Shown here: piece by piece, positions 23,607 to 32,000 of the stretch
Position numbering within the stretch: position 1 is the stretch's first letter
Layout: each line of letters starts with the position of its first letter
From: an uncultured Planctomycetia bacterium
GTDB lineage: Bacteria > Omnitrophota > Gorgyraeia > Duberdicusellales > 4484-171
Assembly: GCA_964536865.1 (NCBI GenBank)
Contig: CAZHYN010000010.1
Location: forward strand, 1 to 32,000
Direction: 5' to 3'
DNA length: 32,000 bases
The notes under the pieces: generated by a model
Told to the model about the DNA's origin: nothing
Database searches by the model: none
What the model saw: only the letters and a program-made list of their open reading frames with translations
Position numbers and translations under genes: made by a program

Positions 23607-24713
23607 ATGGCGCAGGTAAGCTTACGTAATGTTACTAAAATCTACTCCAAAAAAATCGTAGCTATAGATCAGATTAATTTAGGGATAGAGAGTAAAGAAT
23701 TTGTAGTTTTGGTTGGACCTTCTGGGTGTGGAAAATCTACTACTTTAAGGATAATTGCTGGTTTAGAGGAGCCTACCTACGGGGAGATCTATATTGGAGA
23801 TAAACTAGTTAATAACGTTCCTGCTAAAGATAGAAATATTGCTATGGTTTTTCAGAATTATGCTCTTTATCCTCATATGACCACTTATGAAAACTTAGCT
23901 TTTGCTTTAAGATTAAGAGGATACTCTAAACAAGAGATTGATAAGAGAGTAAAAGAAGCAGCACAGATATTAGGAATTACTCATCTTTTAGATAGAAAGC
24001 CTCGCCAGCTCTCTGGAGGAGAACGCCAGCGGGTAGCTGTAGGCAGGGCAATTGTAAGAAAGCCTTTAGTATTTTTATTCGATGAGCCTTTAAGTAATTT
24101 AGATGCTAAGATGCGCGTTCAGATGCGTACCGAACTGCACAGGCTTCACCAAAAGATTCAAACTACAATGATTTATGTAACCCATGATCAAGTGGAGGCT
24201 ATGACTTTAGGTGATAGAATAGCAGTAATGAGGAATGGAAAGGTTCAACAATTTGATACTCCTTTGAATGTTTACGAAAAACCAGTGAATAAGTTCGTAG
24301 CAGGGTTCATTGGTTCTCCCTCTATGAATTTTATAGAGGGAAGGATTATTAAAAAAGATGGCTACCTCTATTTTGATGAAGGAGAGTTTCGGGTGAAGAT
24401 TCCTCCTGAAAAGTACCCTCCCTTAGAGAAGGAGTATATAGATAGGAAGATAATTTTTGGAATAAGACCAGAAAATATTTATGATAAGCTATTTGCTTCT
24501 ATGGCTACTCCTGATAATACGGTGAGAGCTCATTGTGAAGTGTTAGAGACTATGGGCTCAGAGAATCATGTTTACTTATCTGTAGGTAGGCATACTATTG
24601 TTGCTGTATTGGAAGCAGATAATAAACCTCCTGTGGGGGGTATCTTAGAGGTAGTATTTGATATGCAGAGGTCTTTATTTTTTGACCCTTCTACAGAAGA
24701 GTCCATTGTTTAA
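23607..24713 (+). CDS. Sugar-type ABC transporter ATP-binding protein (MalK/UgpC/MsmX family), with no adjacent permease
   Basis: Walker A 'GPSGCGKST', signature 'LSGGERQR', Walker B 'LFDEPLSNLD' and a C-terminal MalK-like regulatory domain. Confidence 0.9.
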   Translation: MAQVSLRNVTKIYSKKIVAIDQINLGIESKEFVVLVGPSGCGKSTTLRIIAGLEEPTYGEIYIGDKLVNNVPAKDRNIAMVFQNYALYPHMTTYENLAFALRLRGYSKQEIDKRVKEAAQILGITHLLDRKPRQLSGGERQRVAVGRAIVRKPLVFLFDEPLSNLDAKMRVQMRTELHRLHQKIQTTMIYVTHDQVEAMTLGDRIAVMRNGKVQQFDTPLNVYEKPVNKFVAGFIGSPSMNFIEGRIIKKDGYLYFDEGEFRVKIPPEKYPPLEKEYIDRKIIFGIRPENIYDKLFASMATPDNTVRAHCEVLETMGSENHVYLSVGRHTIVAVLEADNKPPVGGILEVVFDMQRSLFFDPSTEESIV

Positions 24714-25965
24714 TTTTTTTTCCTATATTTTTATTATCCTGATAGTGAGTGTATCCTTTATCTTTTTTTCTTTTGGATTTTTATCTTTAGGGAACCTATT
24801 ATGGATTTTGACAGTAGTTGTAATAGTAGAGTTTTTCTTTGCCAAAGCCAAAAAAGAAATTATTAAAAGATATATTCCTCCTATGGAGGAGGTAGAGGAG
24901 AAGATAAATTTATTAGAAGAGGAATTGAAAGAGAAGAATGAATTATTTTTAATCTTACCTAGGAGAGCGAGAAAAATTCTTTCTCTTTCCAAGGTTATAG
25001 ATAAATTTGTATCTTATATAGATAAAGAAAAAGTATACAATTTTCTTGGAGAGAAACTGGTAGATTTTTTCCCCCAAGCAGACAATATTTTGATATTTCA
25101 CTTTGATAGAGAGGATAATTTCTTGGAGCTCACCTATTCTTTCAAGAAACATGATGTGATCATAAGAGAGAAGAGAGGAGACATTATGGATTTCTGGGTG
25201 TTAAAACATAATCAGTCTCTTATTGTAGATGACCTTTCTCAAGATTTTCGTTTTGATTGTTCTCAGAGCATAGCTTTCCAAGAGAGAAATATTCACTCTT
25301 TTATATCCAGTCCCCTTTCTTTAGGAGAATATATCTTAGGGATAGTGAGAATAGAAAGCAGGAAGAAGAATGCTTTCTCTATGGATGAACTCCGCCTCCT
25401 GCGAATATTTACTGATGTAGGAGCAGCGGTTTTAGAAAGAGCGATTTTGTTTCAGAAAACCAAAATCTTAGCAATGAATGATGCACTTACTGGGATACTC
25501 TTGAGAGAGCCCTTTTTAGAGAGATTAAAAGAAGAATTAATGAGGGCAAGAATTACTGAGAGTAAATTAGCCTTAGGATTGTTAGATGTTGATGATTTTA
25601 AGAAGATAAATGATACTTATGGGCATAGTGTAGGAGATTTAGTTTTGAAAAAGTTAGCTAAGATTTTAGAGGAAGAGGTGGGTGATTCTGGTAATGCTGT
25701 GGCTCGTTTTGGAGGCGAAGAATTTATTTTCTTTCTCGTATACACTAGCCGGGACGAAGCAAAGAGGTTCGCTAAAGGAATTAAAGAAAGATTATCCTCT
25801 ACCCGTTTAAGATTTAGAAGGAAGAGTATTGGTTTTTCCATATCTTTAGGAGTGGCGGTCTTTCCTGAAGATGCTCGGGATTTCCTGTCTCTTATAGAGG
25901 TAGCTGATTCCTTACTTTATAGAGCAAAGAGAGAGGGCAAAAACAGAGTATGCTTTACCTATTAA
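24658..25965 (+). CDS. Membrane-anchored GAF-GGDEF diguanylate cyclase (start uncertain)
   Basis: N-terminal transmembrane helices, a GAF-like middle region, and a GGDEF domain with 'RFGGEEF'. No RxxD I-site precedes the motif. ATG 24658 overlaps the upstream gene by 56 nt; TTG 24706 and GTG 24745 are alternative starts. Confidence 0.8.
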   Translation: MICRGLYFLTLLQKSPLFNFFSYIFIILIVSVSFIFFSFGFLSLGNLLWILTVVVIVEFFFAKAKKEIIKRYIPPMEEVEEKINLLEEELKEKNELFLILPRRARKILSLSKVIDKFVSYIDKEKVYNFLGEKLVDFFPQADNILIFHFDREDNFLELTYSFKKHDVIIREKRGDIMDFWVLKHNQSLIVDDLSQDFRFDCSQSIAFQERNIHSFISSPLSLGEYILGIVRIESRKKNAFSMDELRLLRIFTDVGAAVLERAILFQKTKILAMNDALTGILLREPFLERLKEELMRARITESKLALGLLDVDDFKKINDTYGHSVGDLVLKKLAKILEEEVGDSGNAVARFGGEEFIFFLVYTSRDEAKRFAKGIKERLSSTRLRFRRKSIGFSISLGVAVFPEDARDFLSLIEVADSLLYRAKREGKNRVCFTY

Positions 25966-26915
25966 TAGTAATCTTTCTGCTTTTGGGAATAATCTCTTTA
26001 AAAATTCGCAGTATCTCTTCATTAAGAAAGTACTACAAAAAAAAGTTAGCTTCTTTGAAGGAGAGAGCAACTAATTTGGAGGAAACAGTAGATGCGTTTC
26101 GTAGACAATTTCGAAAAATAGAAGAGGCGGTTTCAGAGACCTTCTTTATTTATGAATTGGCAGGTAAACTTTCTTCTCTTTTAGATAGAGAGAAAGTTGT
26201 TTCTACTTTTGAAGAAGAATTAAACTTCCTTTCCTCTATAGATGAGATAGTTCTTTCTACTCGGCCAAAGGACAGTTATCTCATTTTTAGGTTAGCTACC
26301 CAACCCCCTAAATTTTTAAATATAAAAACGAATTATCCTCAGATAAAAGAGAATTTGAAAGCTATCGTAAAGATGGTTAACCTTTGTTTAGAACGAATCT
26401 CTCTATACGAAAAGCTTCATAATCTATCTATACATGATACCCTTACAAATATTTATAATCGTCGTTATTTCTCCTCTAGATTCGATGAGGAGTTTGAGAG
26501 AGCAAAAAAATACAAACTGACCTTTTCTCTTCTAATGATAGATATTGACCATTTCAAAAAAATAAATGATAATTATGGCCACCTGGTAGGTGATGTAGTT
26601 CTTAAGGAAACTGTAAAACTTATAAAGGAGAGCATAAGAGAGGTTGATTTCCTTGCTCGCTATGGAGGAGAAGAGTTTGTGGTTATTCTTCCTCAAACTG
26701 ATAGAGAAAGAGCACTTCTTGTAGGAGAGAGAATTAGAAAGAGTATAGCTTCCGCATCGATAAAAGCTTTTGACGAAGTGTTAAATGTTACAGTAAGCAT
26801 TGGCGTGGCTAATTATCCCGTGAATTCAGTTTACCCCAATCTTCTCACTGAGGTAGCAGATAAAGCTTTATATAAAGCCAAACAAAAGGGGAGAAACAGA
26901 GTAGAGTATTTCTGA
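25950..26915 (+). CDS. Membrane-anchored GGDEF diguanylate cyclase with an RxxD I-site
   Basis: One N-terminal transmembrane helix and a coiled region. 'REVDFLARYGGEEF' places RxxD five residues before GGEEF. Overlaps the previous cyclase gene by 16 nt. Confidence 0.85.
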   Translation: MLYLLIVIFLLLGIISLKIRSISSLRKYYKKKLASLKERATNLEETVDAFRRQFRKIEEAVSETFFIYELAGKLSSLLDREKVVSTFEEELNFLSSIDEIVLSTRPKDSYLIFRLATQPPKFLNIKTNYPQIKENLKAIVKMVNLCLERISLYEKLHNLSIHDTLTNIYNRRYFSSRFDEEFERAKKYKLTFSLLMIDIDHFKKINDNYGHLVGDVVLKETVKLIKESIREVDFLARYGGEEFVVILPQTDRERALLVGERIRKSIASASIKAFDEVLNVTVSIGVANYPVNSVYPNLLTEVADKALYKAKQKGRNRVEYF

Positions 26916-26920
26916 GTATC

Positions 26921-28336
26921 ATGGATAAGAAAGTAATTAGATTTCTCTTAGATTGTGCTGGGAAAAATAAGGTAAAAGTTGCTTTAGATAATCCTTTTCG
27001 TAGAATTGCTTTTGATGGAGACCAGCCTCGTTTAGGTTGGGTAAGTCCTCCTATTTGGGAGGAATTAAGAGCTTCTTTAAAGCGAATAGAAAAACTTATA
27101 GAAGGGAAGGAAGAGTTTATTTTCTTAGGGATGGGAGGATCTATAAATGGGATAAAAGTATTGAATTCACTTTCTTCTCAGGTTCCTTTATATTTTTTAG
27201 ATAGCTTAGATCCTTCTGCCTTGGAAACTGTTTTGGATAAAATAAAGAAGTTAGAGAAAGTTATGGTTATTCCTATCTCCAAATCGGGTTCTACTTTGGA
27301 GACACAACTTTTAGCTACCACTCTTAAGGAATTGTTCCCTGGCAAGTGCAAGAGCCATTTTCTTTGGTTAAGTGATAAGGAGTCTTTTTCTAAATTAGAT
27401 AACTTAGGATGGAATAGTTACCCTAAAGTCACTATCCAGGTTAATGAGAATTCCGATATCGGAGGTAGATTCTCTTGCCCGCACACTCTTATTTTTCTCT
27501 TGCCTTTATTTTTACTTCTGGATAGAGATATTAAAAAAATACAGAAATTATTTTTTCAATATCTTTCTTTAAGAGAAAAGGTTCTAAAAGAAGCATATGA
27601 GGTTGCTCATTCTTATCAGAGTATAGAGAGTGGATTTTTTTCTATCATAGATAAAGAGGTTCCTCTCCCAGGATTTACTATTTGGGCTACTCAGCTTTTT
27701 CAGGAAAGCTTGGGTTCGAAAAAAGACAACTTTTTCGTTAAGACTGCTGTGGGAAGAAGCATTGAGGGATTTTATCCAATTAAGCTTTCTCTCTCTTGCG
27801 AAGACAAATTTCTCTATCTTATGACTCTTATGTATTACTTGGAAATGTTTGTAGCCTTCTTTGCCTACTTTAAAGAAATAAATTTTGTGAATCAACCTTA
27901 TGTAGAAAGATATAAACAGATGATGCCCCAGCTAAAACAAGAGGATACCTCCTTCCCTTCTACTAACTTAGAAAGGATAGTTAAAGATCTCAAAAGTGGA
28001 CTAGATTCGCAAATAAAATTCATTGAAGTTGTCCTTTACTTCTATCCTTCACTGTCTTTTATAGAAAAGTTGGAGTCTATTTTGAAAGAAAACTTTCCTC
28101 AGTATCCTTCTTTTGTGTTTTTGGGAAGTGATTGGAATCACCATTCTTATCAAGCTGCTTATCTAGATAAGAAGACCCTTTATCTGATTCTCACCTTAAA
28201 TAGTTATAAGATTACTGACCTTCCTATAAAGGAGGAGTTACTTCAGAAAAATGTTAATACTCTTAGACTGATAAGTGCAGCTACATATAATACTTTAAAG
28301 GCTAAGAAGTTGCATTTTAGTGTTCCTAAATCTTAA
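26921..28336 (+). CDS. pgi: Glucose-6-phosphate isomerase family protein (divergent)
   Basis: 'FLGMGGSINGIK', 'ISKSGSTLET' and 'DIGGRFS' match the PGI SIS-domain motifs. Confidence 0.65.
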   Translation: MDKKVIRFLLDCAGKNKVKVALDNPFRRIAFDGDQPRLGWVSPPIWEELRASLKRIEKLIEGKEEFIFLGMGGSINGIKVLNSLSSQVPLYFLDSLDPSALETVLDKIKKLEKVMVIPISKSGSTLETQLLATTLKELFPGKCKSHFLWLSDKESFSKLDNLGWNSYPKVTIQVNENSDIGGRFSCPHTLIFLLPLFLLLDRDIKKIQKLFFQYLSLREKVLKEAYEVAHSYQSIESGFFSIIDKEVPLPGFTIWATQLFQESLGSKKDNFFVKTAVGRSIEGFYPIKLSLSCEDKFLYLMTLMYYLEMFVAFFAYFKEINFVNQPYVERYKQMMPQLKQEDTSFPSTNLERIVKDLKSGLDSQIKFIEVVLYFYPSLSFIEKLESILKENFPQYPSFVFLGSDWNHHSYQAAYLDKKTLYLILTLNSYKITDLPIKEELLQKNVNTLRLISAATYNTLKAKKLHFSVPKS

Positions 28337-28350
28337 GGAGGTGGATTTAT

Positions 28351-28848
28351 ATGGAGGTAAAGTTAGAAGTAGTAAGAATAGATAAGCCTCCTGAGGCAAA
28401 CATTATTATTGGCCAGGCTCACTTTATAAAGACTGTAGAAGATTTATATGAAACGTTAATTGAAGCTAGCCCCAACATAAAATTTGGAATAGCTTTCTGT
28501 GAGTCCTCAGGAAAAACTCTGGTAAGGATAGAGGGTAACGATGAAGAGTTAAAGAGTATTGCTGGAAAGAATGCTTTAAATATTCGCTGTGGTCATCTTT
28601 TCCTTATTCTTCTAAAGGACAGTTACCCTATAAATGTACTCAATCGAATTAAGGGAGTTTCAGAAGTATGCACTATTTTCTGTGCTACTGCCAATCCTGT
28701 AGAGTTAATCGTTGGTATAACTTCTCAAGGAAGAGGAGTTTTAGGGGTTGTTGATGGTATTCCTTCCAAGAGTATAGAGAAGGATGAAGATATTCAGTGG
28801 AGGAAACAGTTTCTGAGAAAGATTGGATATAAGTTGAGTAACCCTTAG
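28351..28848 (+). CDS. PF04008-like protein (the family annotated 'adenosine-specific kinase')
   Basis: 'NIIIGQAHFIKTVEDLYE', 'IKFGIAFCESSG..LVRIEGNDEEL', 'PINVLNRIKGVSEVCTIFCATANP' and 'GRGVLGVVDG' match my recollection of this family. Confidence 0.65.
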   Translation: MEVKLEVVRIDKPPEANIIIGQAHFIKTVEDLYETLIEASPNIKFGIAFCESSGKTLVRIEGNDEELKSIAGKNALNIRCGHLFLILLKDSYPINVLNRIKGVSEVCTIFCATANPVELIVGITSQGRGVLGVVDGIPSKSIEKDEDIQWRKQFLRKIGYKLSNP

Positions 28849-28873
28849 AAAAGAGCAAGATAAGGATTTCCTT

Positions 28874-29812
28874 ATGGAGAAAGAAAAAAGAAAATTCTTA
28901 AGGAGGAATTTAGGTTGGATTTTTCTAAAGACTTTTGCTCTCACTATAGGGATTTTCCCATTAAAGTTTATTTATTTTTTAGGAAGTTTCTTAGGGAGGT
29001 TGGGATTTTTATTTGCTTTTACCCATCGCAGAATTGTCTTAGAGAATCTAAGTATTGCTTTTCCCTATCTTTCTCTTAAGAAGAGAAAAGAGATCGCTCA
29101 AGATTCTTTTAAGTTCATGATTCAGGCTTCTTTGGAACTTCTTTATTTTCTAAAACATCCTTCTCTTTTAGAGAGAGTTAGAATAGAAGGATTAGAGTAC
29201 TTAGTTCAGGCTTTAGAAAAAAAGAGAGGAGTTATCGCTCTTACCGCTCATTTTGGCAATTTCCCTCTTATTTCTTTAAAGTTTGCCTCTCAAGGATATA
29301 AGATTAATGTGGTTGCTCGTCCTATGCGAGATAGGAAAACAGGAGACTACATCCATCAGCTCAGGACTAAGGTAGGGGTTAAGACTATATTTTCTTACCC
29401 TCGAAAGGAGTGCGTAACTGGAATTATTAGGGCTTTGCGCAATAACGAAATTGTGATGATTCAGATGGATCAAAATTTTGGCACAGGAGGAGTTTGGGTA
29501 AAATTTTTTGATAAGTTAGCTGCTACCCCTACCGGTCCGGTGGTGTTAGCCATGCGTACCAAAGCGGAGATAGTTCCAATGTACATAGTAAGAGAGTTTT
29601 TAGGAAAACATCTTATCAAGATTTTCCCTTCTGTGGCACTTGATTATACCAAAGATAAAGATGAGACAATCCTTATCAACACTGCTAAGTTTACGAAGTT
29701 AACAGAAGATTGGATTAAAAAATATCCTCCTCTTTGGGGATGGATACATCGGAGATGGAAATCTCAACCATCAGACGAGGTTCTAAAGAGAAGATACAGA
29801 ATCCAGAATTAA
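28874..29812 (+). CDS. Lipid A biosynthesis (LpxL/HtrB-family) acyltransferase
   Basis: N-terminal membrane anchor, 'ALTAHFGNFP' (Hx4-type acyltransferase motif) and family-like length. Its presence implies a diderm envelope. Confidence 0.75.
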   Translation: MEKEKRKFLRRNLGWIFLKTFALTIGIFPLKFIYFLGSFLGRLGFLFAFTHRRIVLENLSIAFPYLSLKKRKEIAQDSFKFMIQASLELLYFLKHPSLLERVRIEGLEYLVQALEKKRGVIALTAHFGNFPLISLKFASQGYKINVVARPMRDRKTGDYIHQLRTKVGVKTIFSYPRKECVTGIIRALRNNEIVMIQMDQNFGTGGVWVKFFDKLAATPTGPVVLAMRTKAEIVPMYIVREFLGKHLIKIFPSVALDYTKDKDETILINTAKFTKLTEDWIKKYPPLWGWIHRRWKSQPSDEVLKRRYRIQN

Positions 29813-29825
29813 AATGAGGAAACTA

Positions 29826-29854
29826 TTGACACCAATACAATTATATGCTATTTT
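29826..29854 (+). promoter_or_regulatory. Possible promoter (TTGACA-17 nt-TATTTT) abutting ATG 29862
   Basis: TTGACA at 29826-29831 and TATTTT at 29849-29854, with ATG 7 nt later. It lies within the 5' extension of the track ORF. Confidence 0.4.
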
Positions 29855-29861
29855 TAAAAAA

Positions 29862-30692
29862 ATGAAGAAATTTGCTGTTTTGTTCCTTTTGTTGATTCCT
29901 CTTTGTGTTTACTCTCAAGTTTCCCAACAACTAAAAGAACAAGCATATTCTTATCGTAAGGAAGGGTATCGTCTCCAAAATATGGGAGATCTAGAGGAAG
30001 CACTTACTTACTATCAGAAGGCAATTCAAATTTACCCTTATTATTATCAAGCGTATAATGATTTAGGTATTGTGCTTGAGGAAATGGGTAATGATGAGGA
30101 GGCAAAGAAGATGTATGAACAAGCTTTAGTTATCAATCCTCATTATTTGCCTCCCTACACTAATCTTGCTCTTCTTTATGAAAAGTTGAATAATAAAAAG
30201 AAAGCAATCTTTTATTGGACAAAAAGGCTCCTTTTAGGGAAGGATAAAAGGGACCAATGGTGGTATGAGGGGCGAGAACACCTTCTCAGATTAGGTATGC
30301 CTTTCAAGCTTAAAAAGGAACTTTTTAGTGGAGAGATTTCTTCTCTCTCCCAGAAGTTGATTTATAAACGAGAACAGGAGAGGTTAAAACTTTTAGAAGA
30401 AGTACAGCTTCATTTTAATTTAGGAAAGAAAGCTTTTGATAATCAAGACTATTCTAAAGCAGAGGAAGAATTTAAAATAGCTCTTTCTTTGAATCCTCCG
30501 GATAAGAACCTTCAGATGGAGATTAACTCTTATTACCAGAAAGCCAAAAAAGAAAGATTTAATGCAGAAGTTAAAGCTAAGTTACGTTCTCATATTCAGG
30601 AAGCATTGCTCTACATTGAGAACAACGAATTTTCTCTATGTGCGAAGAAACTTAGAGATGCTCTATCTGTAATTTTCAGTATTCAAGAATAG
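29862..30692 (+). CDS. Secreted TPR-repeat protein
   Basis: The track ORF starts at 29814, but the second Met gives a clean signal peptide, 'MKKFAVLFLLLIPLCVYSQ'. There are several TPR units ('AYNDLGIVLEEMGNDEEAKKMYEQALVINP'). Confidence 0.75.
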   Translation: MKKFAVLFLLLIPLCVYSQVSQQLKEQAYSYRKEGYRLQNMGDLEEALTYYQKAIQIYPYYYQAYNDLGIVLEEMGNDEEAKKMYEQALVINPHYLPPYTNLALLYEKLNNKKKAIFYWTKRLLLGKDKRDQWWYEGREHLLRLGMPFKLKKELFSGEISSLSQKLIYKREQERLKLLEEVQLHFNLGKKAFDNQDYSKAEEEFKIALSLNPPDKNLQMEINSYYQKAKKERFNAEVKAKLRSHIQEALLYIENNEFSLCAKKLRDALSVIFSIQE

Positions 30693-30733
30693 CCATCCTT
30701 TACTTTTGAGTAGATATTCTACTGACTTAAATA

Positions 30734-32000
30734 ATGGATAAAATTTTGTATCTTGTAGATGGTACTTCTATATGCTATCGCTCTTTTTTTGCTATAAGAC
30801 TTTCTACATCTAAAGGAGTTCCTACAGGAGCAATTTATGGATTTGTTAATACCTTAAAAAAAATTATTAAAAAATATCAACCTCACTATTTGGCTGTTTG
30901 CTTTGATGTTTCTCGCAAGACTTTTCGTCAAGAGATGTTTAGAGATTATAAAATCCAAAGACCGCCTCCTCCCAGCCCTCTTAAGAAGCAGATTCCTGTG
31001 ATTAAGGAGTTAACTAAAGCTTTAGGTGTAGAAATTATGGAGAAGGAAGGTTGGGAGGCAGATGATCTTATAGCTTCTCTGGCAAGGAAAGCGAAAAAGG
31101 GAAATTTTAAAGTAGTAGTTATAAGTTCAGATAAAGATGTTTTTCAACTTATTGAAGATAAGAAAATATGTGTTTACGACCCTGTGAAAGATATTTTCTA
31201 TGATGAGGAGGTTTTCTTGAGAGAATTTGGTTTCCATCCTTCCCAGATGGTGGATTATCTCTCTCTGGTAGGAGATCCTACTGATAATGTTCCTGGAGCT
31301 AAAGGTATAGGAAAAGTAGGTGCTACCAAGTTAATAAGGAAGTTTAAGTCTATAGAGAACCTTTTTGATAACTTAGATAAAGTTTCCCCTTCAGTAAGGG
31401 AGATTTTAGTTTCCAATAAAGAAAATATTTTTCTCAGTAAGGATTTAGTAAAATTAGCTTACATTGACTTAGATTTTTCTTGGGATGACTTAGTAGTAAA
31501 GGAACCCGATTATTCCCAAGTTTATAAGTTCTTTAGAGAGTTAGAATTTAAATCTCTTCTCAAAGAGATACCGCCCCCTTCTTTGAACATTAAAGTAGAG
31601 GTAACCAAAGAGTTTCCTTCTCAACTTATAGAGAAAATTAAAAGCGAGCAAGAGTTAATCTTCTATCCCTTTCAAGATAAGATATATATTACCTTCAAAA
31701 ATAATTCTTTCGTTTATGAGTCTTCTATAGAGAAGGTAAGAGAGCTCCTTCAGGATTCTAATGTAAGAAAAGTATCTTATGATTTTAAGAATATTCTTCA
31801 TGGATTAGAGAGAAAGGTTAGGTTAGAAGGTATTTGGTTTGATACTAAAATTGCTGCCTATACTCTAAATCCTACTCTGGGAGATTTTTCTCTTAAGAAT
31901 CTGATAGCTCATTTCTTAAATGAGTTTACTCAAGATTTCTCCCCTTTCGTAGCCTGTTACTTCATACGCAAATTATACAAAACTCTCTATAATCAAATAA
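30734..32000 (+). CDS. polA: DNA polymerase I, 5' portion (runs off the window)
   Basis: Absent from the ORF track because it has no stop in the window. My translation from ATG 30734 begins MDKILYLVDGTSICYRSFFA...GVPTGAIYGFVNTLKKI...LAVCFDVSRKTFRQEMFRDYK...GWEADDLIASLA...LVGDPTDNVPGAKGIGKVGATKLI. These are 5'-3' exonuclease motifs. Confidence 0.9.
   Translation, partial: MDKILYLVDGTSICYRSFFAIRLSTSKGVPTGAIYGFVNTLKKIIKKYQPHYLAVCFDVSRKTFRQEMFRDYKIQRPPPPSPLKKQIPVIKELTKALGVEIMEKEGWEADDLIASLARKAKKGNFKVVVISSDKDVFQLIEDKKICVYDPVKDIFYDEEVFLREFGFHPSQMVDYLSLVGDPTDNVPGAKGIGKVGATKLIRKFKSIENLFDNLDKVSPSVREILVSNKENIFLSKDLVKLAYIDLDFSWDDLVVKEPDYSQVYKFFRELEFKSLLKEIPPPSLNIKVEVTKEFPSQLIEKIKSEQELIFYPFQDKIYITFKNNSFVYESSIEKVRELLQDSNVRKVSYDFKNILHGLERKVRLEGIWFDTKIAAYTLNPTLGDFSLKNLIAHFLNEFTQDFSPFVACYFIRKLYKTLYNQI

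Overview
AT-rich bacterial chromosomal segment in which every credible gene (about 45) is on the + strand; all minus-strand ORFs in the track look like shadows of + strand genes. Three blocks are visible. (1) 1-2826: an orphan sensor histidine kinase and lexA with a CTGT-N8-ACAG operator in its promoter. (2) About 2830-8150: an accessory mosaic between lexA and miaB. It holds a 45-codon stub of a Dam-type methyltransferase, followed by an EVE/PUA-like domain fused to a NucS/Mrr-like PD-(D/E)xK nuclease. Three unassignable genes come next, then a HEPN-like/minimal nucleotidyltransferase pair behind a promoter with twin palindromic operators. The block ends with a small excisionase-type HTH gene and an Avd-like four-helix-bundle gene embedded in (ACARATT)n heptanucleotide arrays. 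(3) 8153-32000: core genes. These are miaB, a TPR-SPOR protein, miaA and hflX, then a stress run of MerR-like regulator, hsp20, rhomboid, clpB, hpf, hrcA, grpE, dnaK and dnaJ. After that come an FmdB zinc ribbon, DUF1015, accD, a MalK-type ATPase, two GGDEF cyclases, pgi, a PF04008-like protein, an LpxL-family acyltransferase, a TPR protein and the 5' part of polA. The observations most worth follow-up are these. A 54-nt stretch of the heptamer array is copied exactly and in frame inside miaB, which also lacks its TRAM domain. The dam stub plus EVE-nuclease and the unknown genes behind it form a candidate defence locus. A 63-nt GC-rich repeat occurs twice (60/63 identical) in intergenic DNA. 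An 18-nt perfect inverted repeat built on CIRCE half-sites brackets hsp20. No rRNA, tRNA, CRISPR array, transposase or reverse transcriptase was recognised. All homology statements come from motif recognition by eye, not from searches.
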